From the IMG/VR virus record IMGVR_UViG_3300042995_000016, positions 1 to 56,456 of that record: a DNA stretch of 56,456 bases; one strand, written 5' to 3'. The stretch is from a virus. Lineage: Duplodnaviria > Caudoviricetes. The translations under genes and the position numbers were made by a program. The notes under the pieces are model-generated. The model ran no database searches. It saw only the letters and a list, made by a program, of their open reading frames with translations, and was not told where the DNA came from. Each line of letters begins with the position of its first letter. Position 1 is the stretch's first letter. This document shows positions 27,007 to 35,625 of the stretch, piece by piece.

Positions 27007-27673
27007 GGGCGGCCTCCTTGGGAGAGACGATGTCGATGGGGGAGCGGTCGAGCTCGCGGATCAGCTTGCGGAGCCGGTCGGCGAGCGCGCGGTCGGCGCA
27101 GGCCACCCGCAGCCCGCGCAGGTCGTGGCGGGGGTCGGCGCGCCAGTCGACCAGGCACGCGGCGTCGCCGCCGGCGCGCAGCCAGTCGAGCGGGGTGGCC
27201 ACGAGCCGCACCGGCTCGCCCTCGGCCCGGGCGCGCTCGATGTGGGCCTCGCCGAGCCAGGTGGCCGCGCCGGTCACGCGCCACCACTCGCCCGGCGCGC
27301 CGAGGTAGAAGGCGACGAGGTCGTCCAGCTCGCGCCACACGGGCAGGCCGCAGCCGACGTCGCCGTCCGGCCAGGACACGACGCCCGCGGCCGGGACGAC
27401 GATCGCGTTGCGGCCGGCCGGGTCGGGCCCGGGCACGAGCGAGCACCAGCGGTCGCCGGGGATGCGGACGCCGTCCTCGTCCCAGCGGTCGGAGGCCTCG
27501 ACCTCGACGGGCCAGATGCCGACGAGCGGCGGCGCGTTGCCGCGGACGACGGCGACGGGCACGCCGGCCGCGACGAGGCGGTCCTCGGCGCCCGGCAGGC
27601 GGCGGAGCCGCCCCCAGGCGAAGTAGAGGTTGCACGACCGGATCAGGCCGTCCGCGCGGCGGCGGGAGAGCAC
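26996..27673 (-). CDS. hypothetical replication-module protein
   Basis: DDLVAF...WWRVTG.A..LG...TPLDWLRAG pattern. Confidence 0.6.
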   Translation of the reverse strand: MLSRRRADGLIRSCNLYFAWGRLRRLPGAEDRLVAAGVPVAVVRGNAPPLVGIWPVEVEASDRWDEDGVRIPGDRWCSLVPGPDPAGRNAIVVPAAGVVSWPDGDVGCGLPVWRELDDLVAFYLGAPGEWWRVTGAATWLGEAHIERARAEGEPVRLVATPLDWLRAGGDAACLVDWRADPRHDLRGLRVACADRALADRLRKLIRELDRSPIDIVSPKEAARAA

Positions 27674-27691
27674 GATGTCGGGCCCGCCCGC

Positions 27692-28963
27692 TCAGATCCG
27701 CATCGGCATGACGACCTGGCGCAGCGCGACGCCGCCCTCGGCCGAGGGGGCCGACGTCACCAGCATCGGGTTGGCGGGATCCACCAAGCCGAACTCCACG
27801 GCGTCGCCGCCGGCGCGCTCGAGCGCCTCGAGCAGGTAGGTCGCCGAGAAGCCGAGGCGGAGGACGCCGCCGACGTCCGGCGCGCCCGCCTCCCGGCGCA
27901 TGGCCAGCGGCAGCGCCGCCATGGCCGTGCCGCTCGTCTGCGACCGCGCCTCGACGGTGAGCCGCGTGCCGTCGAAGGTCAGCCGCACCGGCTGCTGGCG
28001 ACGGTCGTAGGGCTCGCCGCTGGCCGCGAGGATGGCGGAGACGAGGCGCAGCTTGCGCCGGAGCGCCGCGCGCTCGACCGTGGCGCGGACCACCGGGCTG
28101 GGCATGAGCCGCTCGTAGTCCGGGAAGGTGCCGTCGATCAGCTTCGATTCGAGCGCCCAGCCCGGGCCGTGGAAGCGCATGGCGCGCTCGGTGCAGGCGA
28201 CCGTGACCGGAGCCGCGGGGTCGGAGAGGACGAGCAGGCGCAGCAGCCGGGCGACGGCGCCGCGCGGCAGGATCAGCGGCACGGCCGTGGCGAGCGCGCC
28301 GAAGTGGAAGACGTGCGGCAGCCGGAGCCGGGCCTCGGCCAGCCGGTGCCCGTCGGTGGCGGCCGCGACCAGCTCCGAGACGCCGGCCGACGCGGCGATG
28401 CGCAAAGCGACGCCGTTGAGGTAGTAGCGGGTCTCCTCGTCGGAGATGCAGTGCTCGACCGCCTGCAGCAGCGCGGCGAGGTCGCCGGCGCCGAGCGACC
28501 AGGTCGGGGCGCGGCCGAAGTCGTATGTCGCGCCCTCGTCCGGGAAGTCCTCGACCGACAGGCCCTTGATCGTGGTGCTCAGCTCGGCGTGCGAGACGTC
28601 GAGGTCCGCGTCCGCCGCGTGGTCCGCGAGCTCGACGGGGCCCGCGCCGAGCTCGCGCGCGACCGCGGTCAGCGCCGCGGCCGGGACGCAGGCCGAGACG
28701 TCGCGACCCGCGTAGGGGATCTCCGCCGCCATGCGCATGTCCATGTCGGTCGTGGCGAGGCGGAGCGCGCCGCCGCCGCCAGAGAGCCGGACGCAGGCGA
28801 GGATCGGGAGGACGGAGCCGCGGCGCGGCACGACGCCGGAGACGAGCCGCAGCGCGCGCAGCAGGTCGCGGGCGTCGAGGGGCCCGTGCGCGTCGGCCGG
28901 CGCCGGGTCGATCGGCGTGGCGTTGGTGACGGCCGTGGCAGGGCGGAAGAGGGTCATGTCCAT
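27692..28963 (-). CDS. dnaN: DNA polymerase III beta sliding clamp homologue
   Basis: LPILACV, ATTDMDM, DEETRYYLNGV, ATDGHRLA, SKLIDGTFPDYERLMP, VVMPMRI. Confidence 0.92.
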   Translation of the reverse strand: MDMTLFRPATAVTNATPIDPAPADAHGPLDARDLLRALRLVSGVVPRRGSVLPILACVRLSGGGGALRLATTDMDMRMAAEIPYAGRDVSACVPAAALTAVARELGAGPVELADHAADADLDVSHAELSTTIKGLSVEDFPDEGATYDFGRAPTWSLGAGDLAALLQAVEHCISDEETRYYLNGVALRIAASAGVSELVAAATDGHRLAEARLRLPHVFHFGALATAVPLILPRGAVARLLRLLVLSDPAAPVTVACTERAMRFHGPGWALESKLIDGTFPDYERLMPSPVVRATVERAALRRKLRLVSAILAASGEPYDRRQQPVRLTFDGTRLTVEARSQTSGTAMAALPLAMRREAGAPDVGGVLRLGFSATYLLEALERAGGDAVEFGLVDPANPMLVTSAPSAEGGVALRQVVMPMRI

Positions 28964-28992
28964 GGGGCGGGTCCTCGAGGAGGATGGGGTGG

Positions 28993-31527
28993 TCACTCGG
29001 CCGCGACGGTCGCGGCCGGGGCGTAGAGGGTGTGGTGGGCGTTGAGCTTCGCGAGCAGCGTGACCGGGCGCTTGGGGACCGAGTTGCCGACCAGCTTCAT
29101 GCTCTCGGTCTTGGTAAGCGGCCGGCGGACGCCGTCGATCTCGATCTCGTCGGGCATCCGGAGCTCGTGCGCTGCGGCGGCCTCGCGCGGGGTCAGCATC
29201 CTCATTCCGATGTCGATGACTACCCAGGGCCCGACGGTCACGACATCGCCGCCGTCCCAGGCGCCGTGCTCGCGCAAGAACTCCGCGACCTGGCGGGCCC
29301 GGGTGATCTGGGCCGTCGAGAGAGAGGGCGCGAGGTCGGCGGCCGACACCGCGAACCTGTCCCGGGTGGAGGCCGTGTTCAGCGGCGCCTCGCAGCCCTG
29401 GTGCTGACCGCCCGTGCCGTAGTACTCGCAGAGGAAGGCGGCGGCCGGTGCCGTGTGGAAGCCCCCGGCGGTCTGAGCCGGCACCGGGTTCGCGGGATCG
29501 AGCGCGGTGGCGGTGCCGCGGAGCTCGGCGAGGTAGGCCGCGCCGACCGCCTGCGGGCCGACGGTGGTGACCGTCGTGCTCGTGGGGTCGGTCATGTCGT
29601 GGCCGACGACGCCCGTGTTGTTCTGGACCATCCAGGCGCCCATGACGGCGTGCCCGCCGCTGGTCGTGATCGTGTTGACGGGGTCCGAGGCGTCGTAGGC
29701 GCAGGAGGCGTTGGACTTGTGCATGTCGGTGCGGACCATTGCGGCTCCGACCACCGCGTGCTTCGCCCCGCCCGCCATCTGCGTCCCGATGGCGTTCTCG
29801 ATGTCGATAGCGCGGGGCTTCTGGCCTTTCCGCTCCCCGTAGCCGGTCTGGACCAGCGACGCGGCGACCACCGAGAACTCGGGCGATCCCGTGGCGGTCT
29901 GGAGCGGGTCCGCCGCGTCCTGACCCCGGTGGGCGGTGTAGCCCGGGCCCGTATGCCCGGGGCGGACGATGGTGGGAGCGAGCGTCGCGCCGACCACGCC
30001 TAGCGGCGCGGCACCGCCCGGGCGCTTGTGGAAGCTGTTCGCGGTCACGGTCGGGAGCGGCGCCGTCGCGGGCACCCCGGCGCTGTCGCCGCGGAACACC
30101 GCGACGTGCGGCGCCAGGGAGGCGCCGACCACGCCGAAGCGCGGTGCCCCGGCCATGACGGTGTCGAGCGGTGCGCCCGGCTGCTGCCCCACGCTGTTCT
30201 CCTGGAACTTCGTGAGGTGCGCCGCCACCACGCAGCGATCTTCCTTGGTCGTGCTGGTGTTGAGCGGATCGGCCGCGCCCATCGGGGGGCTCTGCGCGGC
30301 CCGGCCGCCGGCGCCGACCACGGTCGCTGCCATCGCGGCGAACTCGCCGCCCTTCACGCCGGCGGTCAGCGTCGGGACCGGCCCCTCGCCGTCGTGGACG
30401 CGCTCGCGCCCCTTCTTCTTGCTGCGGTGGGTCGTCGGCACGACCGCGGCGCCGACCAGTGCCATCTCGCCGCGATGCGCGCCGGTCACCGTCGAGATGG
30501 GCTCGGTCGGGTCGATCTCGGGCCGCGCCCCATGGTGCGTCAGGTGGATTAGGAACGGCCGCGCGGCCTCGATCACGAACCGCTTCATCCCGACCGCGAC
30601 GCGCCGCTGCGTCGCCGCCGCGAGGGGCTTCTTCCGGTCGAAGATCGAGGGCAGCGGCAGGGACCAGTCGATGATCTCCGCCGCCGCGCGGAAGGGCTTC
30701 AGCTTGCCCGCCTTCACCGCCTCCGAATCCCGCGGCCCATGCGTGGTCGGCGGCCATTCGATATCGCCGGGGCCGAAGACGCCGACGCCGAAGAGGCGCT
30801 TGCGCGAGGTCGGGACGCCGTGCTCCGCGCAGTTCAGGTCGCGATCTTCATACCGCGCACCCAACTTCTCCAGGTGCCTGACCCAGGCCCGGTAGGTGCG
30901 GCCGACGCGCTTCGGGTCGCGGACGAGCTGCTGCTCCTGCCGCGGCACGCGCTCGCCCTTGGCCGCGACGGTGCCGTCCAGCTTGATCACGCGGCCGGTC
31001 GCCTTGCAGCGCTTGGCGATGAGCGGTCCCCATCCGCGGATCTCCCTGACGTTCTCAAGGTAGACCACGCGCGGGCCGAGGCCGTGCTTGCGGAGCTTGC
31101 CGATCCACCGGCAGACTTGCCAGGGCATGGAGCGCACCCGGGGCGATCGAGGGGCGCCTCCCTTGGCCACCGAGTGGTCCAGGCAGTCCGGGCTGGCCCA
31201 GAGGATGTTGACCTGCCGCCGCCCGGTCGCCTCCAGCGGGCACACCTCGTAGATGTCGGCGTGCAGATGGCGTGTGAACGGGTTCAGGGCCTTGTGCGTG
31301 GCGATGGCGACGGCGTCGTGGTTGACCGCGACGTGGACCGGGAAGCCCGCGTCCTCCAGCCCCTGGCACGCCCCGCCCATGCCGGCGAACAACACGACGT
31401 TGATGCCGGCCTCGAGCGGCCACTCGTCGCGGCGCCGATCGTCCCGCCGGGCGTTGCGGCGCCGCGCGCGGGTCCTGGCCGCCGGGCGGGTTTCGATGAG
31501 CCCGGTGAACAATGAGCCGTCAGGCAT
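28993..31527 (-). CDS. C5-cytosine DNA methyltransferase with internal repeats
   Basis: LFAGMGG, ASPDC, ENVREI, TSRKRLF, DIGMRMLTPRE, LVGNSV. Confidence 0.92.
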   Translation of the reverse strand: MPDGSLFTGLIETRPAARTRARRRNARRDDRRRDEWPLEAGINVVLFAGMGGACQGLEDAGFPVHVAVNHDAVAIATHKALNPFTRHLHADIYEVCPLEATGRRQVNILWASPDCLDHSVAKGGAPRSPRVRSMPWQVCRWIGKLRKHGLGPRVVYLENVREIRGWGPLIAKRCKATGRVIKLDGTVAAKGERVPRQEQQLVRDPKRVGRTYRAWVRHLEKLGARYEDRDLNCAEHGVPTSRKRLFGVGVFGPGDIEWPPTTHGPRDSEAVKAGKLKPFRAAAEIIDWSLPLPSIFDRKKPLAAATQRRVAVGMKRFVIEAARPFLIHLTHHGARPEIDPTEPISTVTGAHRGEMALVGAAVVPTTHRSKKKGRERVHDGEGPVPTLTAGVKGGEFAAMAATVVGAGGRAAQSPPMGAADPLNTSTTKEDRCVVAAHLTKFQENSVGQQPGAPLDTVMAGAPRFGVVGASLAPHVAVFRGDSAGVPATAPLPTVTANSFHKRPGGAAPLGVVGATLAPTIVRPGHTGPGYTAHRGQDAADPLQTATGSPEFSVVAASLVQTGYGERKGQKPRAIDIENAIGTQMAGGAKHAVVGAAMVRTDMHKSNASCAYDASDPVNTITTSGGHAVMGAWMVQNNTGVVGHDMTDPTSTTVTTVGPQAVGAAYLAELRGTATALDPANPVPAQTAGGFHTAPAAAFLCEYYGTGGQHQGCEAPLNTASTRDRFAVSAADLAPSLSTAQITRARQVAEFLREHGAWDGGDVVTVGPWVVIDIGMRMLTPREAAAAHELRMPDEIEIDGVRRPLTKTESMKLVGNSVPKRPVTLLAKLNAHHTLYAPAATVAAE

Positions 31528-31536
31528 GGGTGTCTC

Positions 31537-31944
31537 TTACTCGGTGGCGCCGGGGCCGGCGGCAATGAGCGCCAGGGCCTCCTCGGGCGAGCGGGCGACG
31601 CCGGCGATGCCGCCCGCTCGCCGCACGGCGTCGATGAAGTTGAGTTGCTCGGCGGTGGGGGTGCCGCGGGCCGTCTTGACCTCGACGGCCGTCATGACGG
31701 CGACCGTGCGCCCGACCATCTCCGGCGTGATCGTGACGGCGGTGAACCCGATCAGGTCGGAGCTGCCCGGGCACAGGCCGTAGGCGACCCGGCGCGGGTA
31801 GCCGAGGACCAGGCGGCCGTCGGCGTGGTCGAGGACGTTGCCCGCCCAGGCCTCGCCGACGGGGTTGTTGAAGAGCCGCGTCGCGCCGTTGCAGGCGAGG
31901 CGGATCGAGTTGCGGACCTCGGTCTCGGGATTGCGGCGGGTCAC
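31537..31944 (-). CDS. VRR-NUC domain nuclease
   Basis: GSSDLIG...AVEVKT..G....EQLNFI...GGIAGVARS. Confidence 0.9.
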   Translation of the reverse strand: MTRRNPETEVRNSIRLACNGATRLFNNPVGEAWAGNVLDHADGRLVLGYPRRVAYGLCPGSSDLIGFTAVTITPEMVGRTVAVMTAVEVKTARGTPTAEQLNFIDAVRRAGGIAGVARSPEEALALIAAGPGATE

Positions 31945-32192
31945 GGCGACGCCTCCCCGAACGGGTCCGCCTCGGCGGCCGCGCGGCGGGAGCGCTCATC
32001 CTGCTCGGCGAGCTCGCGCCGGCGCCGGTCGGCGGCGAACCGCTCGAAGTCGGCCATGAGCCGGCGGCGCAGGCGCTCCGGCGGCTCCCCGGCGACCGGC
32101 CGGCGGCGCGCGGGCTCGGCTTCTGCGGCCCGGGCGAGCCGCTCGGCCGCGTCGGCCATCTCGCGGCGGGTAGGCTTCTTGTGGCGGGTCAT
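31941..32192 (-). CDS. hypothetical protein
   Basis: MTRHKKPTRRE...; coupled at both ends. Confidence 0.55.
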   Translation of the reverse strand: MTRHKKPTRREMADAAERLARAAEAEPARRRPVAGEPPERLRRRLMADFERFAADRRRRELAEQDERSRRAAAEADPFGEASP

Positions 32193-32359
32193 GCGGCGAC
32201 CTCTGAGACCCGCGGAGATCCGTCCAACCCTCGGCCCATCAGGGCGCACACGGCGTCCTCGAGCTCGGCCAGGGCGTCGGAGCAGTCTTGGGCGTAGACC
32301 CATTCGACCGCGGCGCGGACCACCCGCTCCCGCGCGTCAGTCGGTGCAGGCGCAGTCAA
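32189..32359 (-). CDS. 56-aa hypothetical protein; absent from the ORF track
   Basis: GGAG SD, TTG start, ...RERVVRAAVEWVYAQDCSDALAELEDAV...EVAA, ATGA overlap. Confidence 0.5.
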   Translation of the reverse strand: MTAPAPTDARERVVRAAVEWVYAQDCSDALAELEDAVCALMGRGLDGSPRVSEVAA

Positions 32360-33248
32360 TGGACTCTCCGTGCTCGAAGAGGCTGCCCGTGGCCCGACCG
32401 ACGCGCTCCGCTTCCTTGAAGCGCGCGACCTCGGCCCTGGCCGCTTCCGGGTAGTTGAGGACGTAGGCCTTGAGCTCGGCGTAGGTCGGTCCGTCCTTGC
32501 GGAAGCGCGCGCCGCTGGCCTTCCGCGTCACGTCGGTCGCCCAGGCCTCCATCTCGATCCACCAGTCGAGGGCGTCGATGTCCCGCAGCAGGACGATGAG
32601 GAGCTTCACCCGAGGCTTGAGGTGACAGCCGTCGCAGTTGCCGAACGCATCCTCGTCGTCGGGCAGGCGCAGGTCGAACGGCTTACCCGACCAGAACCTG
32701 CGGACGTCGTCCTTGCCGACGTTCGCCTCGTGGAGAGGCATGACGTTGATGTAGGGCTCGGTTCCGGCGGCGTTCTGCCGCAGCTTCTTCTTGACCCGCT
32801 TCGGCTCGTCCCTGCGCAGGCCGATGACGTTCAGCCACTTCCTGTAGCCGAGAGACCGCATGTACTCCCGGGTCGGGACGATCTTGCCCTCGACGGTGCA
32901 GAACCTCGTCACGCCGTTCGGCAGGAACCGCCGATTCTCGATCGCACGGCGGAGTGGGGTGCCTGCCCTGTCGGCCGAGTTGTGGCCGACCTCGACGAAG
33001 CCGCCGGGGGCGTCCCAGTCGCGCTCCAGCCAGACGATCCGGACCCCGAGTCGCTCGCCGAGGTCGCGCACGAAGTCCAGTGTCGCCTCGTCCTCCCGCC
33101 CGGTGTTGCAGAAGACGGCGTGGACGTCGTCGGGGAGGCGACCGCCGTGCGCGTCGACGATCCGCCAGAGCATCTTGCCGCTGGTCCGGCCGCCGCTGAC
33201 GCCCAGCACGGCGGGCCCGCGGATCAGGTACGGGTTCCGGTCGAGCAT
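32337..33248 (-). CDS. PAPS-reductase-family PP-loop protein
   Basis: SGGRTSG, FCNTGRED, RFCTVEGK, IGLRRDE, GNCDGC, C-terminal CAC. Confidence 0.85.
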   Translation of the reverse strand: MLDRNPYLIRGPAVLGVSGGRTSGKMLWRIVDAHGGRLPDDVHAVFCNTGREDEATLDFVRDLGERLGVRIVWLERDWDAPGGFVEVGHNSADRAGTPLRRAIENRRFLPNGVTRFCTVEGKIVPTREYMRSLGYRKWLNVIGLRRDEPKRVKKKLRQNAAGTEPYINVMPLHEANVGKDDVRRFWSGKPFDLRLPDDEDAFGNCDGCHLKPRVKLLIVLLRDIDALDWWIEMEAWATDVTRKASGARFRKDGPTYAELKAYVLNYPEAARAEVARFKEAERVGRATGSLFEHGESIDCACTD

Positions 33249-33253
33249 CGCCG

Positions 33254-34228
33254 TCACTCCGCCGCGACCTGGTCGAGCCGGTCGAGCAGCGTGCCCGCGG
33301 CTGCCGCGGCCTCGGCGTCGGCGAGGTGCCGGGCCGCGAGGCGGAAGTACTCGGGCTTCAGCTCGAACCCCACGAAGCGGCAGCCGTTCGCGAGCGCCAC
33401 GGTCCCCTCGGACCCGATGCCGCCGAAGGGGCTGAGCACCACGTCGCCCGGCCGCGACCAGACCCGCATGGCCCTCCGCGTGATGTTGAGCGGCATCGGG
33501 CACAGGTGCTTCTCGTCCCGGTCGGAGCGCGCGACCTTGACGTTGAGGACGTCGGTCTCCGGCAGGTCCTCCGAGGGGTAGTTCCACACCGGCGATATCG
33601 CGCCGTTCGTCGGCCACACGGGGGACGCCAGCCGCTGCCACTCCGCGACGGGGAAGCCCTCCGCGGTGTGGCCGATCCTGACCGCCTTCGCCCGCTCCTC
33701 CTCCGTCGTCGCCCACTTCCGGTACACCATCAGGTACTCGGGCAGGCCGGTGCGGCTGAACGAGCTGTCCTCCTTGATCGTCCGCCAGAGGAGCCCGTGC
33801 GCCTTGGTCTTCTGCATCTCGCGCACCGGGTCGCGCGCGATCGTGACGCGGCAGTGGAAGTCCCAGCCCTCCTCGACGTGGATCTTCGTGCAGAGGTCGG
33901 AGAAGGGCCGCAGGCCCGCCGTGCCGCGGGGCGAGCTGTTCTGGTAGTAGACGAGGTCCTTGACGTGGATCGCGGTCAGGCGCCCCGGCCGGGTCACCCT
34001 GAACTTCTCGCGCACGGCGTGGCGGTACTGCTCGGCGAACTCCTCGTCCGAGGCGACGTTGCCCATGTCGGCGACGCTCTCCGAGTAGATGTAGAGCGAG
34101 CTGAACGGCGGGCTGTAGACGCTGAAGTCGACGCTGTCCGCCGGCAGCGCGGCCATGCCCGGCACGCAGTCGGCGTGGTAGAGCGACCATCCGGCCCCGT
34201 GGGCCTGGTCGAGCACGAATCCGCTCAT
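33254..34228 (-). CDS. amino (N4-C/N6-A) DNA methyltransferase, beta class
   Basis: YSPPF catalytic motif before KHLCPM and SPFGGIGSEG SAM motif. Confidence 0.9.
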   Translation of the reverse strand: MSGFVLDQAHGAGWSLYHADCVPGMAALPADSVDFSVYSPPFSSLYIYSESVADMGNVASDEEFAEQYRHAVREKFRVTRPGRLTAIHVKDLVYYQNSSPRGTAGLRPFSDLCTKIHVEEGWDFHCRVTIARDPVREMQKTKAHGLLWRTIKEDSSFSRTGLPEYLMVYRKWATTEEERAKAVRIGHTAEGFPVAEWQRLASPVWPTNGAISPVWNYPSEDLPETDVLNVKVARSDRDEKHLCPMPLNITRRAMRVWSRPGDVVLSPFGGIGSEGTVALANGCRFVGFELKPEYFRLAARHLADAEAAAAAGTLLDRLDQVAAE

Positions 34229-35625
34229 GCGGCGCTCCTGATCCAGGACGGCAGCCGCATCGGCGCCGTCGGGTTGTAGTCGAGGCGGGTGGACCGGCGC
34301 TCCGCCGAGCGCCGCATGGCCGCGGCCATCTCCCGCCGCATGGCGTCGTGGCCGTCCTGCTTGCGCGACAGCGCCGCGCGGACGTGCTGCTCGGTGTCCG
34401 CGAGCACCGCGTGGGCCCGGACCGGCCGGAGCTGGCCGAAGCGCCAGAAGCGGCGCAGGGCCTGGTAGAAGGCCTCGTAGGAGAAGTTCACGCCCGCGAA
34501 GGCGGTGCGCGCGCAGTGCTGCCAGTTGAGGCCGAACCCGGCGATCGAGGGCTTGGTGACGATCACGCGGTGCGTGCCGTCGGCGAAGCCCAGGAGCCCC
34601 GCCTCCTTGCGCGCCTCCGGCATGGAGCCGCGCACCTCCGCGACCCCGCCGGGAGCGCCGGCGAGGAGCGCCATGACGGCGTCGGCCTCGTAGTCCGTGT
34701 CGACCCAGACGCACCACGGCTCGCCCGGCTCCGCGTGGACGAGCTCCGCGACGACGCGGGCCCGGTCCTCGGCCGTGATGCGCTTCTCCCGGTGGATGTC
34801 GGTGGCGCTCGCCCCCGGCAGGCGGAAGAGCGTGTCGCCGCGGTCCCGCAGGATGTCGGCGCGCACCGTGTGCCAGCGCAGGTCGAGCGGCGGCAGGTCG
34901 TAGCCGTCGTCGGGGAAGCCGAGGTCCGAGGGCCGCGACACGCAGCGCGCCCAGCTCGCGACCCAGCTCCAGAACGGCGCGACGGCGTGGCCCTTCAGGC
35001 GGTAGCGGCCCATCTCCGCCTGGTCGGTCACGAAGAACCGCGACAGCATCTCGGCCGAGGGCATGACGCCCAGGAAGGCGGAGTGCTGGCCGAGCTCGGT
35101 GTGGTCGTTGGGCGCCGGCGTCGCGGTGCAGGCGAGCCGGAACGGGATCCCGGCGCCGAAGGCGACCAGGCGGCGAGAGTAGACGCCCGTGAAGGTCTTG
35201 AGGATGGAGGACTCGTCGAGCACGACCCCGCCCAGGTCCTCGGGCCGGAAGTGCGGGAGCTTCTCGTAGTTCGCGAGGTTGACCCCGGGCGCGAGCTCGT
35301 CGGCGGAGCGGACGACCCTGGCCGGGATGCCCCAGCGCTCGGCCTCGCGGCGGTGCTGCGGGGCGACGGCGAGCGGCGAGAGCATCAGCACCGGCCGGCC
35401 GGTGCGCTCGGCGACCACCCTGCCCCACTCCAGCGCGCTGAACGACTTGCCGAGGCCGGTGTCCATGAACTCGGCCGAGCGTCCGGCGCGGAGCGCGAAC
35501 TCGGTGACGTGGCGCTGGTGGGGCTTGAGGTCGGGGTGGAGCTCGGGGACGTCCTCCATCCCCGCGGGCGGCGCCTCGAGGACCTTGCGGGCCAGCAGCG
35601 CCTCGTAGCCGGCGAGGTCGGTCAT
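34225..35625 (-). CDS. SNF2-like helicase
   Basis: DTGLGKS, LDESSILK, CTATPAPND, GFGLNWQHC, QALRRFWRFGQ. Confidence 0.9.
   Translation of the reverse strand: MTDLAGYEALLARKVLEAPPAGMEDVPELHPDLKPHQRHVTEFALRAGRSAEFMDTGLGKSFSALEWGRVVAERTGRPVLMLSPLAVAPQHRREAERWGIPARVVRSADELAPGVNLANYEKLPHFRPEDLGGVVLDESSILKTFTGVYSRRLVAFGAGIPFRLACTATPAPNDHTELGQHSAFLGVMPSAEMLSRFFVTDQAEMGRYRLKGHAVAPFWSWVASWARCVSRPSDLGFPDDGYDLPPLDLRWHTVRADILRDRGDTLFRLPGASATDIHREKRITAEDRARVVAELVHAEPGEPWCVWVDTDYEADAVMALLAGAPGGVAEVRGSMPEARKEAGLLGFADGTHRVIVTKPSIAGFGLNWQHCARTAFAGVNFSYEAFYQALRRFWRFGQLRPVRAHAVLADTEQHVRAALSRKQDGHDAMRREMAAAMRRSAERRSTRLDYNPTAPMRLPSWIRSAA

Noticed and set aside
25012-30757. Very long alternative ORFs (899, 777 and 1021 aa)
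   Set aside because: Stop-poor shadow frames caused by extreme GC; the 1021-aa ORF is real only from 28963 (dnaN).
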